Part shown: piece after piece, positions 21,584 to 28,871 of the stretch | How positions within the stretch are numbered: the first letter of the stretch is position 1 | How the letters are laid out: each line of letters begins with the position of its first letter | Program-made: the position numbers and the translations under genes | Notes under the pieces: model-generated | The model's input: the letters and a program-made list of their open reading frames with translations, nothing else | Databases searched by the model: none | Told to the model about the DNA's origin: nothing | Assembly: GCF_000010065.1 (NCBI RefSeq) | Contig: NC_006576.1 | Coordinates: forward strand, 1,731,522 to 1,763,521 | Source: Synechococcus elongatus PCC 6301 | Lineage (GTDB): Bacteria; Cyanobacteriota; Cyanobacteriia; Synechococcales; Synechococcaceae | Length of the DNA: 32,000 nt | Direction: 5' to 3'

Positions 21584-22152
21584 TGGGATTGAGTTTTCTT
21601 ACCAAGCCTTACAAATCCCTTGGCCGGCGGCGTCGCTCTCAACGAGGCTTTAGCATAACTGAAGTTATCGTTGCTGCCATCCTGACCATTTTGATCGCTC
21701 AGGCAACAACTGCTGCTTTAGTGGTTAATGCTCGAACTCAGGGCACCTCTGTCGAAGAGTCGCAATTTCTGAGGATTGTTAACCAAGATGTTGAGCGAGT
21801 CCGAGATGTTGCTAGTGCACTGTGTAGAAGCTCAACTTCTCCCTTGAGCTACAACGGTTGCAATCCTCCAACTAATCCCAGCTTGAAACAACGCTGTGAC
21901 AGTACAAGTTCTAATGCTGGGCTGGCACAATTACTTTCAAGTAGCCTACCCGCTTTCTCTGACAATATATTTACAAGTAAAAATCGTTCGACTGTGACGA
22001 TCACTAGAACTTCCTCTATCCCGACTGTCCCGGGTGCCTCATCTTTCTCTGTGTTACGTCTGGCCTATACTTCATCTGGTCTATCACCGAATTTATCGTA
22101 TGTGACGGAAGTGGTGCCGGACGTCGTCGGTTGGTGCTCAACTGCCATTTAA
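21559..22152 (+). CDS. Type IV minor pilin, PilV-like, module B (197 aa)
   Basis: Class III signal ...RRRRSQRG|FSITEVIVAAILTILIA. The start is either ATG 21559 (25-nt overlap with the upstream gene) or GTG 21583 (overlapping its TAG). It has four Cys in the same order as the module A paralogue, and the C-terminus YVTEVVPDVVGWC compares with FVTEFVPDAVGSC. Confidence 0.8.
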   Translation: MAKGRQSLVGLSFLTKPYKSLGRRRRSQRGFSITEVIVAAILTILIAQATTAALVVNARTQGTSVEESQFLRIVNQDVERVRDVASALCRSSTSPLSYNGCNPPTNPSLKQRCDSTSSNAGLAQLLSSSLPAFSDNIFTSKNRSTVTITRTSSIPTVPGASSFSVLRLAYTSSGLSPNLSYVTEVVPDVVGWCSTAI

Positions 22153-22194
22153 AAACCTTCATTCAACTGATCACTAGTTTTTACAGGCATATCC

Positions 22195-23427
22195 ATGAAG
22201 AGCGATAACTTAAGTGCCTTGCTAAGAATCTATTGGGCTCTAGTACCCAAGGATGAAGCGCGATCGCAGCAAGGGTTTACGATTACCGAGTTATTGGTCG
22301 CCAGTACCATTGGTATCATTGTGATTTTGGGCGGAGGCTATCTGCTTAAGACTAATCTCGATGTCGATCGTGTTAGCTCTACCAACTCAGCTCAAAGGAA
22401 TATTCAAAATCGAGCCTTAGATTTTATTAGTAATGAAATTAGGCGGGCCAATGCTGTTGTGAGTTCAAGCTCTCGTTCCTGTAACGGAGTAACGCCAGTC
22501 CTCAGTATTCGAGTACCTGATCCGAGCAACTCTACGAGCACTTCCGCAGTCAGAATTATCGACTACGCCGTTGCTACTCCAGCTGCTCCTTGGCAAACGA
22601 CTAGTAATGCTCGGGCGATTTATCGATGTGGCCCAGAGATTAACAGTTCTGGTCAATATGATTTCACTTCTTCCACAACCGTGACTGACCTGCTCGTTGA
22701 TCGAGTTGCAAATGCTAACCCTACGGCAAGCGGTGTTTGTAGCAATCTTAATGCCAATGCAATTACTTCACCTTTTTCGGGCTCAGCAACAACTAGTGGA
22801 ACAAACGGTTTAGTTGTTCGCTACGAAGCAAGTGATCCGCGATCGGCTCAAGTCTTGATTGCCTTCTTGCGAAACGTAGGGAATGGAGGTTCTCCAGGTA
22901 CCGACTGCGTCACGAATATTGTTGCTGCTCGCGCGATTGATCCTGCCAATATTGCGTCTAGCCCATCGCCTAGCCCTACGCCGACACCCACGCCTACGCC
23001 GAGCCCATCTCCTACTCCGTCACCTAGCCCTACGCCGACACCCACGCCTACGCCGAGCCCATCTCCCACTCCGTCACCTAGCCCTACGCCGACACCCACG
23101 CCCACGCCAAGCCCATCACCTGCGCCGACTCCCGTTTCTATCTCAATTGCCTCAATTTCTGGTGGAGGTAATAACTCAACTGTTGGGCTTAACCTTGGTA
23201 GCCTTAGTTTGCTCGCAGGTGTAACCGGTTTCAGGATTTTTGGTTGCACACAAAACAATAGTACCTGTACACCTTCCACGGGCGGTACGCCGACCTTAAC
23301 TACTTCATCCACTACCCCTACTATTCCAAATATCGACTTGCAAGGTAATAGGAGAGCTTGTTTTACTGCTCAAGCAGTTGGACCTCTCAATATTGTTTTA
23401 GGAACTTCTACTGTGTGCACAAATTAA
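22195..23427 (+). CDS. PilW-like minor pilin, module B, with a Pro/Ser/Thr repeat linker and an extra C-terminal domain (410 aa)
   Basis: Class III signal ...EARSQQG|[18 protein letters not shown]. The first ~250 aa are colinear with the 230-aa module A protein. These are followed by about 58 aa of (S/T)P repeats and a ~95-aa Ser/Thr/Gly/Asn-rich domain with four Cys. Confidence 0.8.
   Translation: MKSDNLSALLRIYWALVPKDEARSQQGFTITELLVASTIGIIVILGGGYLLKTNLDVDRVSSTNSAQRNIQNRALDFISNEIRRANAVVSSSSRSCNGVTPVLSIRVPDPSNSTSTSAVRIIDYAVATPAAPWQTTSNARAIYRCGPEINSSGQYDFTSSTTVTDLLVDRVANANPTASGVCSNLNANAITSPFSGSATTSGTNGLVVRYEASDPRSAQVLIAFLRNVGNGGSPGTDCVTNIVAARAIDPANIASSPSPSPTPTPTPTPSPSPTPSPSPTPTPTPTPSPSPTPSPSPTPTPTPTPSPSPAPTPVSISIASISGGGNNSTVGLNLGSLSLLAGVTGFRIFGCTQNNSTCTPSTGGTPTLTTSSTTPTIPNIDLQGNRRACFTAQAVGPLNIVLGTSTVCTN
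22960..23135 (+). repeat. In-frame 54-bp tandem repeat, about 3.2 copies, encoding [18 protein letters not shown] units
   Basis: Unit starts (AGCCCATC...) fall at 22960 (a 42-nt short copy), 23002, 23056 and 23110 (partial, diverging). Copies 2 and 3 differ at only a few bases by eye. Confidence 0.9.
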
Positions 23428-23438
23428 GTTCTATTCTT

Positions 23439-24317
23439 GTGAATTTTGACTTGAAGCCTCTAAATTTGATAAAAACTATTTATGATTTCAGTCGACAAGA
23501 GGTTCTTTTAACTGAAACTGAGTTGTTTCAGTTACTCCAAAGCTTTGAGGACTGTCCACCTCGTGAGAGTCTACAAAGTTCCTCTTTTCAGTGGAGGAAC
23601 CTGTTGTTTTCTCAGGTGTCAGCGGGTAATACGACTTACTGGTATTCCCAACAAATACCGATTCAAATCAATTCAAATTTAAGTGGTATTGCCAACCATC
23701 TAGCTGTAGAGTCTTCAACAGGGAAGCCAGATATTTTATATTGGCGAATCCTTGATTTTTTAAGCCCTGAAAAGCTACAACAGCTTTGGAATTATTTACT
23801 AACTGCCCGATCGCAATTTAATCCGGCTCACAACTCCGCAGGTTTGAATAACTATCGACAATCTCTTTTTACTGCTCCTCCTCCTGAAATTTATTCCGAG
23901 ATCAGTGAAAAGATTTTAGGTGCTTTGATACCAATTGCCGATGAGCTGCCCAATTCCTCACAAGAAATTGGCGAGATAGAGATGCAAATAACAGCTCACA
24001 ACGATGGTCATTATTACAAAATTCATAATGATAACGGCAGTCCTGATACAGCTACACGTTTTCTCACTTACGTTTACTACTTCTATCGACAACCCAAACC
24101 ATTTACTGGTGGCGAGCTGCGACTGTATGAACTTGCTATCAAAGATGGCTTTTACGTTGCAGGCGATCGCTATCAAGACATTGAACCGCTACACAATAGC
24201 CTGATTGTTTTCCCAAGCCACTACATGCACGAAGTTCTACCGATTCGATGTCCTTCTCAGCGATTTGAGGATAGCCGCTTTACAGTTAATGGTTGGATTC
24301 GAGTTGCTATTGACTGA
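23439..24317 (+). CDS. 2OG-Fe(II) oxygenase, prolyl-4-hydroxylase-like fold, with an uncharacterised N-terminal half
   Basis: The C-terminal half carries the double-stranded beta-helix signature: KIHNDN (HxD), RFLTYVYYFY, GGELRLYE, distal His in SHYMHEVLPI, and RFTVNGWI (2OG-binding Arg). The start is uncertain: TTG 23358 (70-nt overlap with the upstream gene), GTG 23439 or TTG 23451. The gene is very AT-rich. Confidence 0.75.
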   Translation: MNFDLKPLNLIKTIYDFSRQEVLLTETELFQLLQSFEDCPPRESLQSSSFQWRNLLFSQVSAGNTTYWYSQQIPIQINSNLSGIANHLAVESSTGKPDILYWRILDFLSPEKLQQLWNYLLTARSQFNPAHNSAGLNNYRQSLFTAPPPEIYSEISEKILGALIPIADELPNSSQEIGEIEMQITAHNDGHYYKIHNDNGSPDTATRFLTYVYYFYRQPKPFTGGELRLYELAIKDGFYVAGDRYQDIEPLHNSLIVFPSHYMHEVLPIRCPSQRFEDSRFTVNGWIRVAID

Positions 24318-24321
24318 TTTT

Positions 24322-24888
24322 CTAGCTTGAAGTTCGACAGCTACCGCTTTGCACAGTACCAGTTCTGACTAGCCCTAGGGGTCGTGCAAGAACGACACAG
24401 CGTTGTACTGGCGTTAATGTACTACTCAAGCGAATTTCTTGGGTTGCATTACCTGTCCAGTAAACATTGCCGCTGGGATATGCGAGTACGTTTGAACTTA
24501 GATTCTGAGCTACTGTGATTTGATTTCTAGCAAAGCTACGACTACGTAAAAGACAATTCCCCGTGGGTGCTGCTGTTGTATCACGGTTAATTCCACCAGC
24601 AACAAGATCAGTGGCTTTCAAGGTACAGGTTCGATTTAACCGCTGAGCTTCACGTTGCATCTCTAGAATGGCTGACTGTACTTCTGAAGTAGCTTGATCT
24701 AGCTCTTGCTGACCCAAAAAACCAGCCACGCTAGGTCCTGCGATCGCGGCTAGAATCCCTGCCACAATTAAAACGACTAAGATCTCAGTGATTGTAAAAC
24801 CTTGCGATCGCACTGCTCGGCGTAAATGAGCATAAAGTAAACGCTGCTCTAAGACGAGTTTTAATCGTGACATTGCTAACCTTTCCAT
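24322..24888 (-). CDS. Type IV minor pilin, FimT/FimU/GspH-like (188 aa)
   Basis: Class III signal ...RRAVRSQG|FTITEILVVLIVAGILAAIAGPSVAGFL, followed by QQELDQATSEVQSAILEMQREAQRLNRTCTL, typical of the GspH/FimT family. The start is ATG 24888 or 24873. Confidence 0.8.
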   Translation of the reverse strand: MERLAMSRLKLVLEQRLLYAHLRRAVRSQGFTITEILVVLIVAGILAAIAGPSVAGFLGQQELDQATSEVQSAILEMQREAQRLNRTCTLKATDLVAGGINRDTTAAPTGNCLLRSRSFARNQITVAQNLSSNVLAYPSGNVYWTGNATQEIRLSSTLTPVQRCVVLARPLGLVRTGTVQSGSCRTSS

Positions 24889-25388
24889 CCCAACGCGATC
24901 GCAGCTTACCTCTATTCTCGCAAACGATGCAGGGATTAGCTTGCCCTAGGCGAGCGATCTTGTGCCAAAGACCGATCGCCTGGCCTTTCCTGATCAATAC
25001 TCAGTGACTCTCTAACTATAGTCAGCGCATGATCAACAGAGGCTACCTAGTAAAAAAGATAGGACTGGTGTAGTCGAATAAGGATCAGCTTATCTTCAAC
25101 AACAACTCACTACGCTCAAACATTGCTTAGCTACTCTCTGAGACTGTCGCGATCGCCTTCAACCCCTGCCAGAGTAGTACTGCCAATGTCTGAATTCTTG
25201 TTGTGTCTACCGCTTCTCCTGCGCAGAGAGTAGATCAGTGATCGACCCCAAGAACTCTCTGGTATTCCAAAGAAACCAGTAATCTCCTATCCATTAGTGA
25301 TAGCGATCGCTGTTGGGGCGGATTTCTCGCCTGCCAGCATCAAGGCCCGAGTGTCAGAGTAGAAGGAGAACCCTTCAGAGGCAGACTG

Positions 25389-25763
25389 ATGACCGACGTA
25401 CTGCCCACGATCGAACTGTTTGATGGCATCGCTGAAGAACTCGATAACGTCAGCTTGCGGCGCGATCGCCAATCCGGCACCCGCAATGTCTTGCTCCGCT
25501 TCCGTGCCCTCAAAGCCCTTGATCGCTTCAATAGTTTCCGAAGCCGCTTTTCCAAAGCGATTCGCCTCACCGATAGTGAAGGGGCAATCGAACTTTGGCC
25601 CGACTCCTCCAAGTTGGTGTTTGGCGGTGATGACGGCGATGAACTGGACCGCGTCGAGTTTGTCGTCCCGATCGACAATGAAGACCACTGGCAACGCTTC
25701 ATGCGATTTATGGAGCGCTACGCTGCGGCCAATGACATGACCTACGGCGATCGCCAGGCATAA
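25389..25763 (+). CDS. psb28: Photosystem II assembly factor Psb28 family protein (Psb28-2-like paralogue)
   Basis: 124 aa. Contains the family signature HWQRFMRFMERYAAANDM and an N-terminus (PTIELFDGIAEELDNVSLRRDRQSGTRNVLL) that matches my memory of the Psb28-2 subgroup. Confidence 0.85.
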   Translation: MTDVLPTIELFDGIAEELDNVSLRRDRQSGTRNVLLRFRALKALDRFNSFRSRFSKAIRLTDSEGAIELWPDSSKLVFGGDDGDELDRVEFVVPIDNEDHWQRFMRFMERYAAANDMTYGDRQA

Positions 25764-25778
25764 CGACGGGAGATAGGT

Positions 25779-26675
25779 GTGAAGATTGCGATTACGGGTG
25801 CGACAGGCTTCGTTGGGCAGCGCTTAGTCGAACGACTGCAGGCCGAGGGTCACGAACTGCGCATTCTCAGTCAGCGACCGACTGTGGCGCAGCAACTGAC
25901 GGGCTGCCAAGTCTTCGATACTGCGACTGAAACGAGCTGGTTAGCAGCGCTAGAAGGTGCTGATGCAGTCGTCAATTTAGCGGGGGAACCGATCGCAGAA
26001 CAACGCTGGACACCAGCCCAAAAACAACGCCTTAAAAACAGTCGTGTTCAAACCACTCGGGCCTTGGTGACTGCGATCACGGCCGCAACCCAGAAACCCC
26101 AAGTCCTCGTCACTGCCTCTGCGATCGGCTACTACGGCACCAGCGAAACGGCGCAATTTACGGAGGAGAGTGCTGCTGGACAGGATTACCTCGCGGAAAT
26201 TTGCCAAGCCTGGGAACAGGAGGCGCAAGCGGTAACAGTGAGTGGGACCCGTTTGGTGACCCTGCGAATTGGAATTGTTGTTGGCCCAGGTGGCGCGATC
26301 GGCAAAATGCTTGGTCCCTTCAAGCTGTTTGCTGGTGGCCCGATCGGCAGCGGTCGGCAGTGGGTCTCTTGGATTCAACGAGAAGACTTGGTCTCGCTGA
26401 TTCTGGAAGCGATCGCTAATCCCAGCTATCAAGGGACTTACAACGCCACAGCGCCACAGGCAGTGCGAATGGCTGACCTCAGTGCCACCCTTGGTGAAGT
26501 CCTACAGCGGCCATCTTGGTTGCCAGTGCCGGCGTTTGCCCTCGAAGCACTCCTGGGTGAAGGGGCGCTACTAGTTCTGGAAGGTCAGCAAGTGCTGCCC
26601 AAACGCTTGGAAGCCGCGGGTTTTCAATTCCGCTATCCCGATCTGAAATCAGCGCTGCAGCAATTCCTGCCCTAG
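25779..26675 (+). CDS. YfcH/TIGR01777-type epimerase-family SDR (C-terminal DUF1731)
   Basis: GTG start. Rossmann motif ITGATGFVG, and a C-terminus (RPSWLPVPAFALEALLGE...VLPKRLEAAGFQFRYPDL) typical of the YfcH family. Confidence 0.85.
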   Translation: MKIAITGATGFVGQRLVERLQAEGHELRILSQRPTVAQQLTGCQVFDTATETSWLAALEGADAVVNLAGEPIAEQRWTPAQKQRLKNSRVQTTRALVTAITAATQKPQVLVTASAIGYYGTSETAQFTEESAAGQDYLAEICQAWEQEAQAVTVSGTRLVTLRIGIVVGPGGAIGKMLGPFKLFAGGPIGSGRQWVSWIQREDLVSLILEAIANPSYQGTYNATAPQAVRMADLSATLGEVLQRPSWLPVPAFALEALLGEGALLVLEGQQVLPKRLEAAGFQFRYPDLKSALQQFLP

Positions 26676-27049
26676 CTGACAACCGCCATCGGAGCGATCG
26701 CCGCAGGCGTGAGCGATCGCTTCAGGATGACAAGTTGAATCAGGCCGCAAATCACCGTCAAGCCACAGAGGATAAAGGTGGGAGCGGCAACCACACCCAC
26801 TGCCCACCAGCTATAGACATGGAGCACCATCAAGATCGCTGGCAGCGCTCCAGCCAGGGCGAGGCTGCGTTGCCAAATGCGAGGGGCTTCCGCCAATACC
26901 AGCAAAATCGCACTGAAGGTCAGCAGAATCGTCAGCGGTACCAAGGCGCCACAAAGGGCGATACAGTGCTCACGCGAAAACATCGACAGACTGCACAACC
27001 AAGACACGCGATCGCAAACTCCTACCGAAACAGAGACCGGCGATAGCAC
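26672..27049 (-). CDS. Small hydrophobic membrane protein, hypothetical
   Basis: Three to four predicted TM helices. The start is ATG 27049 or, more compactly, ATG 26983 (MFSREH...). I recognised no family. Confidence 0.55.
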   Translation of the reverse strand: MLSPVSVSVGVCDRVSWLCSLSMFSREHCIALCGALVPLTILLTFSAILLVLAEAPRIWQRSLALAGALPAILMVLHVYSWWAVGVVAAPTFILCGLTVICGLIQLVILKRSLTPAAIAPMAVVS

Positions 27050-27146
27050 GGCTCGCTGATCAGCCTAACGCTGATACCAGAGAAAAACCGCGAACCGTAA
27101 CGATCGGTGAGTATTTGCTCAGATTCGCAGCATCGAGCGATCGGCT

Positions 27147-28571
27147 TTAACAAGTGGCTTCCAAGCGTTGCCGCACAGAGGCCAAGGCTGATCGTACTTG
27201 CTCAAAACCCGTGCCACCCAAGCTGTTGCGGGCTGCAACAACCTGTTGCGGTGCGATCGCTGTGTAGATGTCGGCTTCAAACTGCGGGTGTAGAGCCTGC
27301 CATTCAGCCAAGCTCAAATCCTTCAGGAGTTTGCCTTGCTCCAAACAGGTGCGCACCACGCGACCGACGAGGTTGTAGGCTTCTCGGAAAGGCACACCCC
27401 GCGCTGCCAAGTAGTCTGCGACATCTGTAGCATTGGAAAAATCGGCTTCGACCGCTGCCGCTAGGCGATCGGGCTGGAAGCTCAGACCTTCTGCAAACAA
27501 AATCGTCATGGCTTCGAGGCAGCTTTCCACGGTTTGCACTGCGTCAAACAAGCCTTCTTTGTCTTCCTGCAAGTCCTTGTTGTAGGCCAACGGTAAGCCT
27601 TTCAAAACGACGAGCAGCGCTTGCAGATGCCCAAACACCCGTCCCGTCTTGCCCCGCACTAGCTCTGGCACATCAGGATTTTTCTTCTGCGGCGTGATAC
27701 TGGAGCCAGTGGCGCAGCGATCGCTGAGGCGAACAAAGCGAAACTCCTCCGAAGCCCAGAGGATCACTTCCTCAGCCAAGCGGCTGAGGTGCACCATGAT
27801 CAAGCTGGCGGCTGCCAGAAATTCCACGAGACTATCGCGATCGCTGACGGCATCCAAGCTGTTGGCGTAGATGCGTTCAAAGCCGAGTAATGCCGCCGTG
27901 CGCTGGCGATCGATTGGGAAAGTTGTCCCCGCCAAGGCCCCTGCGCCCAAAGGAGAGGTATTCAGGCGCTTGCGCAGGTCGCCTAATCGTTCCCAATCAC
28001 GCTCTGCCATCTCTAAGTAGGCATGGAGATGATGTGCCAAGCTCAAGGGCTGGGCGCGTTGCAGGTGGGTATAGCCCGGAATTAATGTCTCAAGGTGTTG
28101 CTCGGCTTGGCTCAGTAGAACACGCTGATAGTCACGCAATTGCTGACGAATGTGATCGACGCGGTCGCGCAGATAGAGCCGCGTATCTGTACCCACTTGG
28201 TCATTGCGCGATCGGGCGGTGTGGAGCTTTTTACCAACATCGCCGAGGAGTTCTGTCAGTCGCCGTTCCACCGCAAAGTGGACATCCTCAGCATCCAATC
28301 CTGGCTGGAATTGACCGGTGCGATATTCACTGCGAATCTGCTCAAGCCCAGCGACGATCGCCTCACCTTCCTCGCGGCTGATGATGTCTTGCTCTGCCAG
28401 CATTTGCGCATGCGCCTGGGACCCCGTGAGGTCATATTCGATCAGCGCCAGATCAAAACCGATACTGGCATTGAAAACCACGATCGCTGGATGGAGCGCT
28501 GTCTCGAAGCGATCGCTCCAGGGTTGTGGGGCAGCAGCTTGGGTCACCAGAATCTTTGTGCGGAAGGCCAA
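27147..28571 (-). CDS. argH: Argininosuccinate lyase
   Basis: WSDRFE N-terminal motif and the fumarate-lyase signature [15 protein letters not shown]. The true start may be GTG 28547 rather than ATG 28571. Confidence 0.96.
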   Translation of the reverse strand: MAFRTKILVTQAAAPQPWSDRFETALHPAIVVFNASIGFDLALIEYDLTGSQAHAQMLAEQDIISREEGEAIVAGLEQIRSEYRTGQFQPGLDAEDVHFAVERRLTELLGDVGKKLHTARSRNDQVGTDTRLYLRDRVDHIRQQLRDYQRVLLSQAEQHLETLIPGYTHLQRAQPLSLAHHLHAYLEMAERDWERLGDLRKRLNTSPLGAGALAGTTFPIDRQRTAALLGFERIYANSLDAVSDRDSLVEFLAAASLIMVHLSRLAEEVILWASEEFRFVRLSDRCATGSSITPQKKNPDVPELVRGKTGRVFGHLQALLVVLKGLPLAYNKDLQEDKEGLFDAVQTVESCLEAMTILFAEGLSFQPDRLAAAVEADFSNATDVADYLAARGVPFREAYNLVGRVVRTCLEQGKLLKDLSLAEWQALHPQFEADIYTAIAPQQVVAARNSLGGTGFEQVRSALASVRQRLEATC

Positions 28572-28654
28572 AGGCGATCATAGTCCCGACTGGCCTGTTA
28601 GGGGCAGCCAGACTGCAGCCCGGCCAAAGGCGCGATCGCCTCGGGGACTCACAA

Positions 28655-28816
28655 TCAGCCGTAGCTGGTGAACTTGGCAACAAAATAACCAAACGCCATC
28701 CCAAACAGCGCTGCCCAAGCCTGACCAGAACTGACAAAGCCCTCCCAAGCCTGGCGCATATTTTGAAGGACATCGCTATTGCTGACGTCAATGGCAAACC
28801 GGACCGCTTCTAGCAT
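28655..28816 (-). CDS. Candidate small protein (53 aa) with a C-terminal hydrophobic helix; below the ORF-track length cutoff
   Basis: Hand translation: MLEAVRFAIDVSNSDVLQNMRQAWEGFVSSGQAWAALFGMAFGYFVAKFTSYG*. It fills the otherwise empty gap between the phosphatase gene and argH on the same strand. No obvious SD sequence and no family recognised. Confidence 0.4.
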   Translation of the reverse strand: MLEAVRFAIDVSNSDVLQNMRQAWEGFVSSGQAWAALFGMAFGYFVAKFTSYG

Positions 28817-28871
28817 TGTTGCGTTTCCACAAAAGGGTCTACAGCAGATCGCTCACCGATCCATCGTCTCG

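Noticed and set aside
22960-23135. Tandem repeat considered as a possible CRISPR or other non-coding array
   Set aside because: The units are directly adjacent with no spacers. The period is a multiple of 3, and the repeat sits in-frame inside a long CDS.
22848-23312. 154-aa minus-strand ORF with [11 protein letters not shown] repeats, and the plus-strand 22883-23224 ORF
   Set aside because: They are the antisense and out-of-frame readings of the 54-bp Pro/Ser/Thr repeat. The pilin frame has a proper class III signal and a paralogue that supports it.
16690-25290. Low-GC block considered as a prophage, integrative element or transposon
   Set aside because: I saw no integrase, transposase, phage structural gene, tRNA attachment site or flanking direct or inverted repeats. 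I report it only as a compositional island.
25287-25702. 135-aa and 120-aa minus-strand ORFs
   Set aside because: They are antisense to the Psb28-family CDS, which carries the diagnostic WQRFMRFMERYA motif.
28453-28813. 114-aa minus-strand and 95-aa plus-strand ORFs between argH and the phosphatase gene
   Set aside because: Their compositions are not protein-like and they overlap the argH 5' end. The 53-aa ORF in the remaining frame is a more plausible, though unproven, coding candidate.
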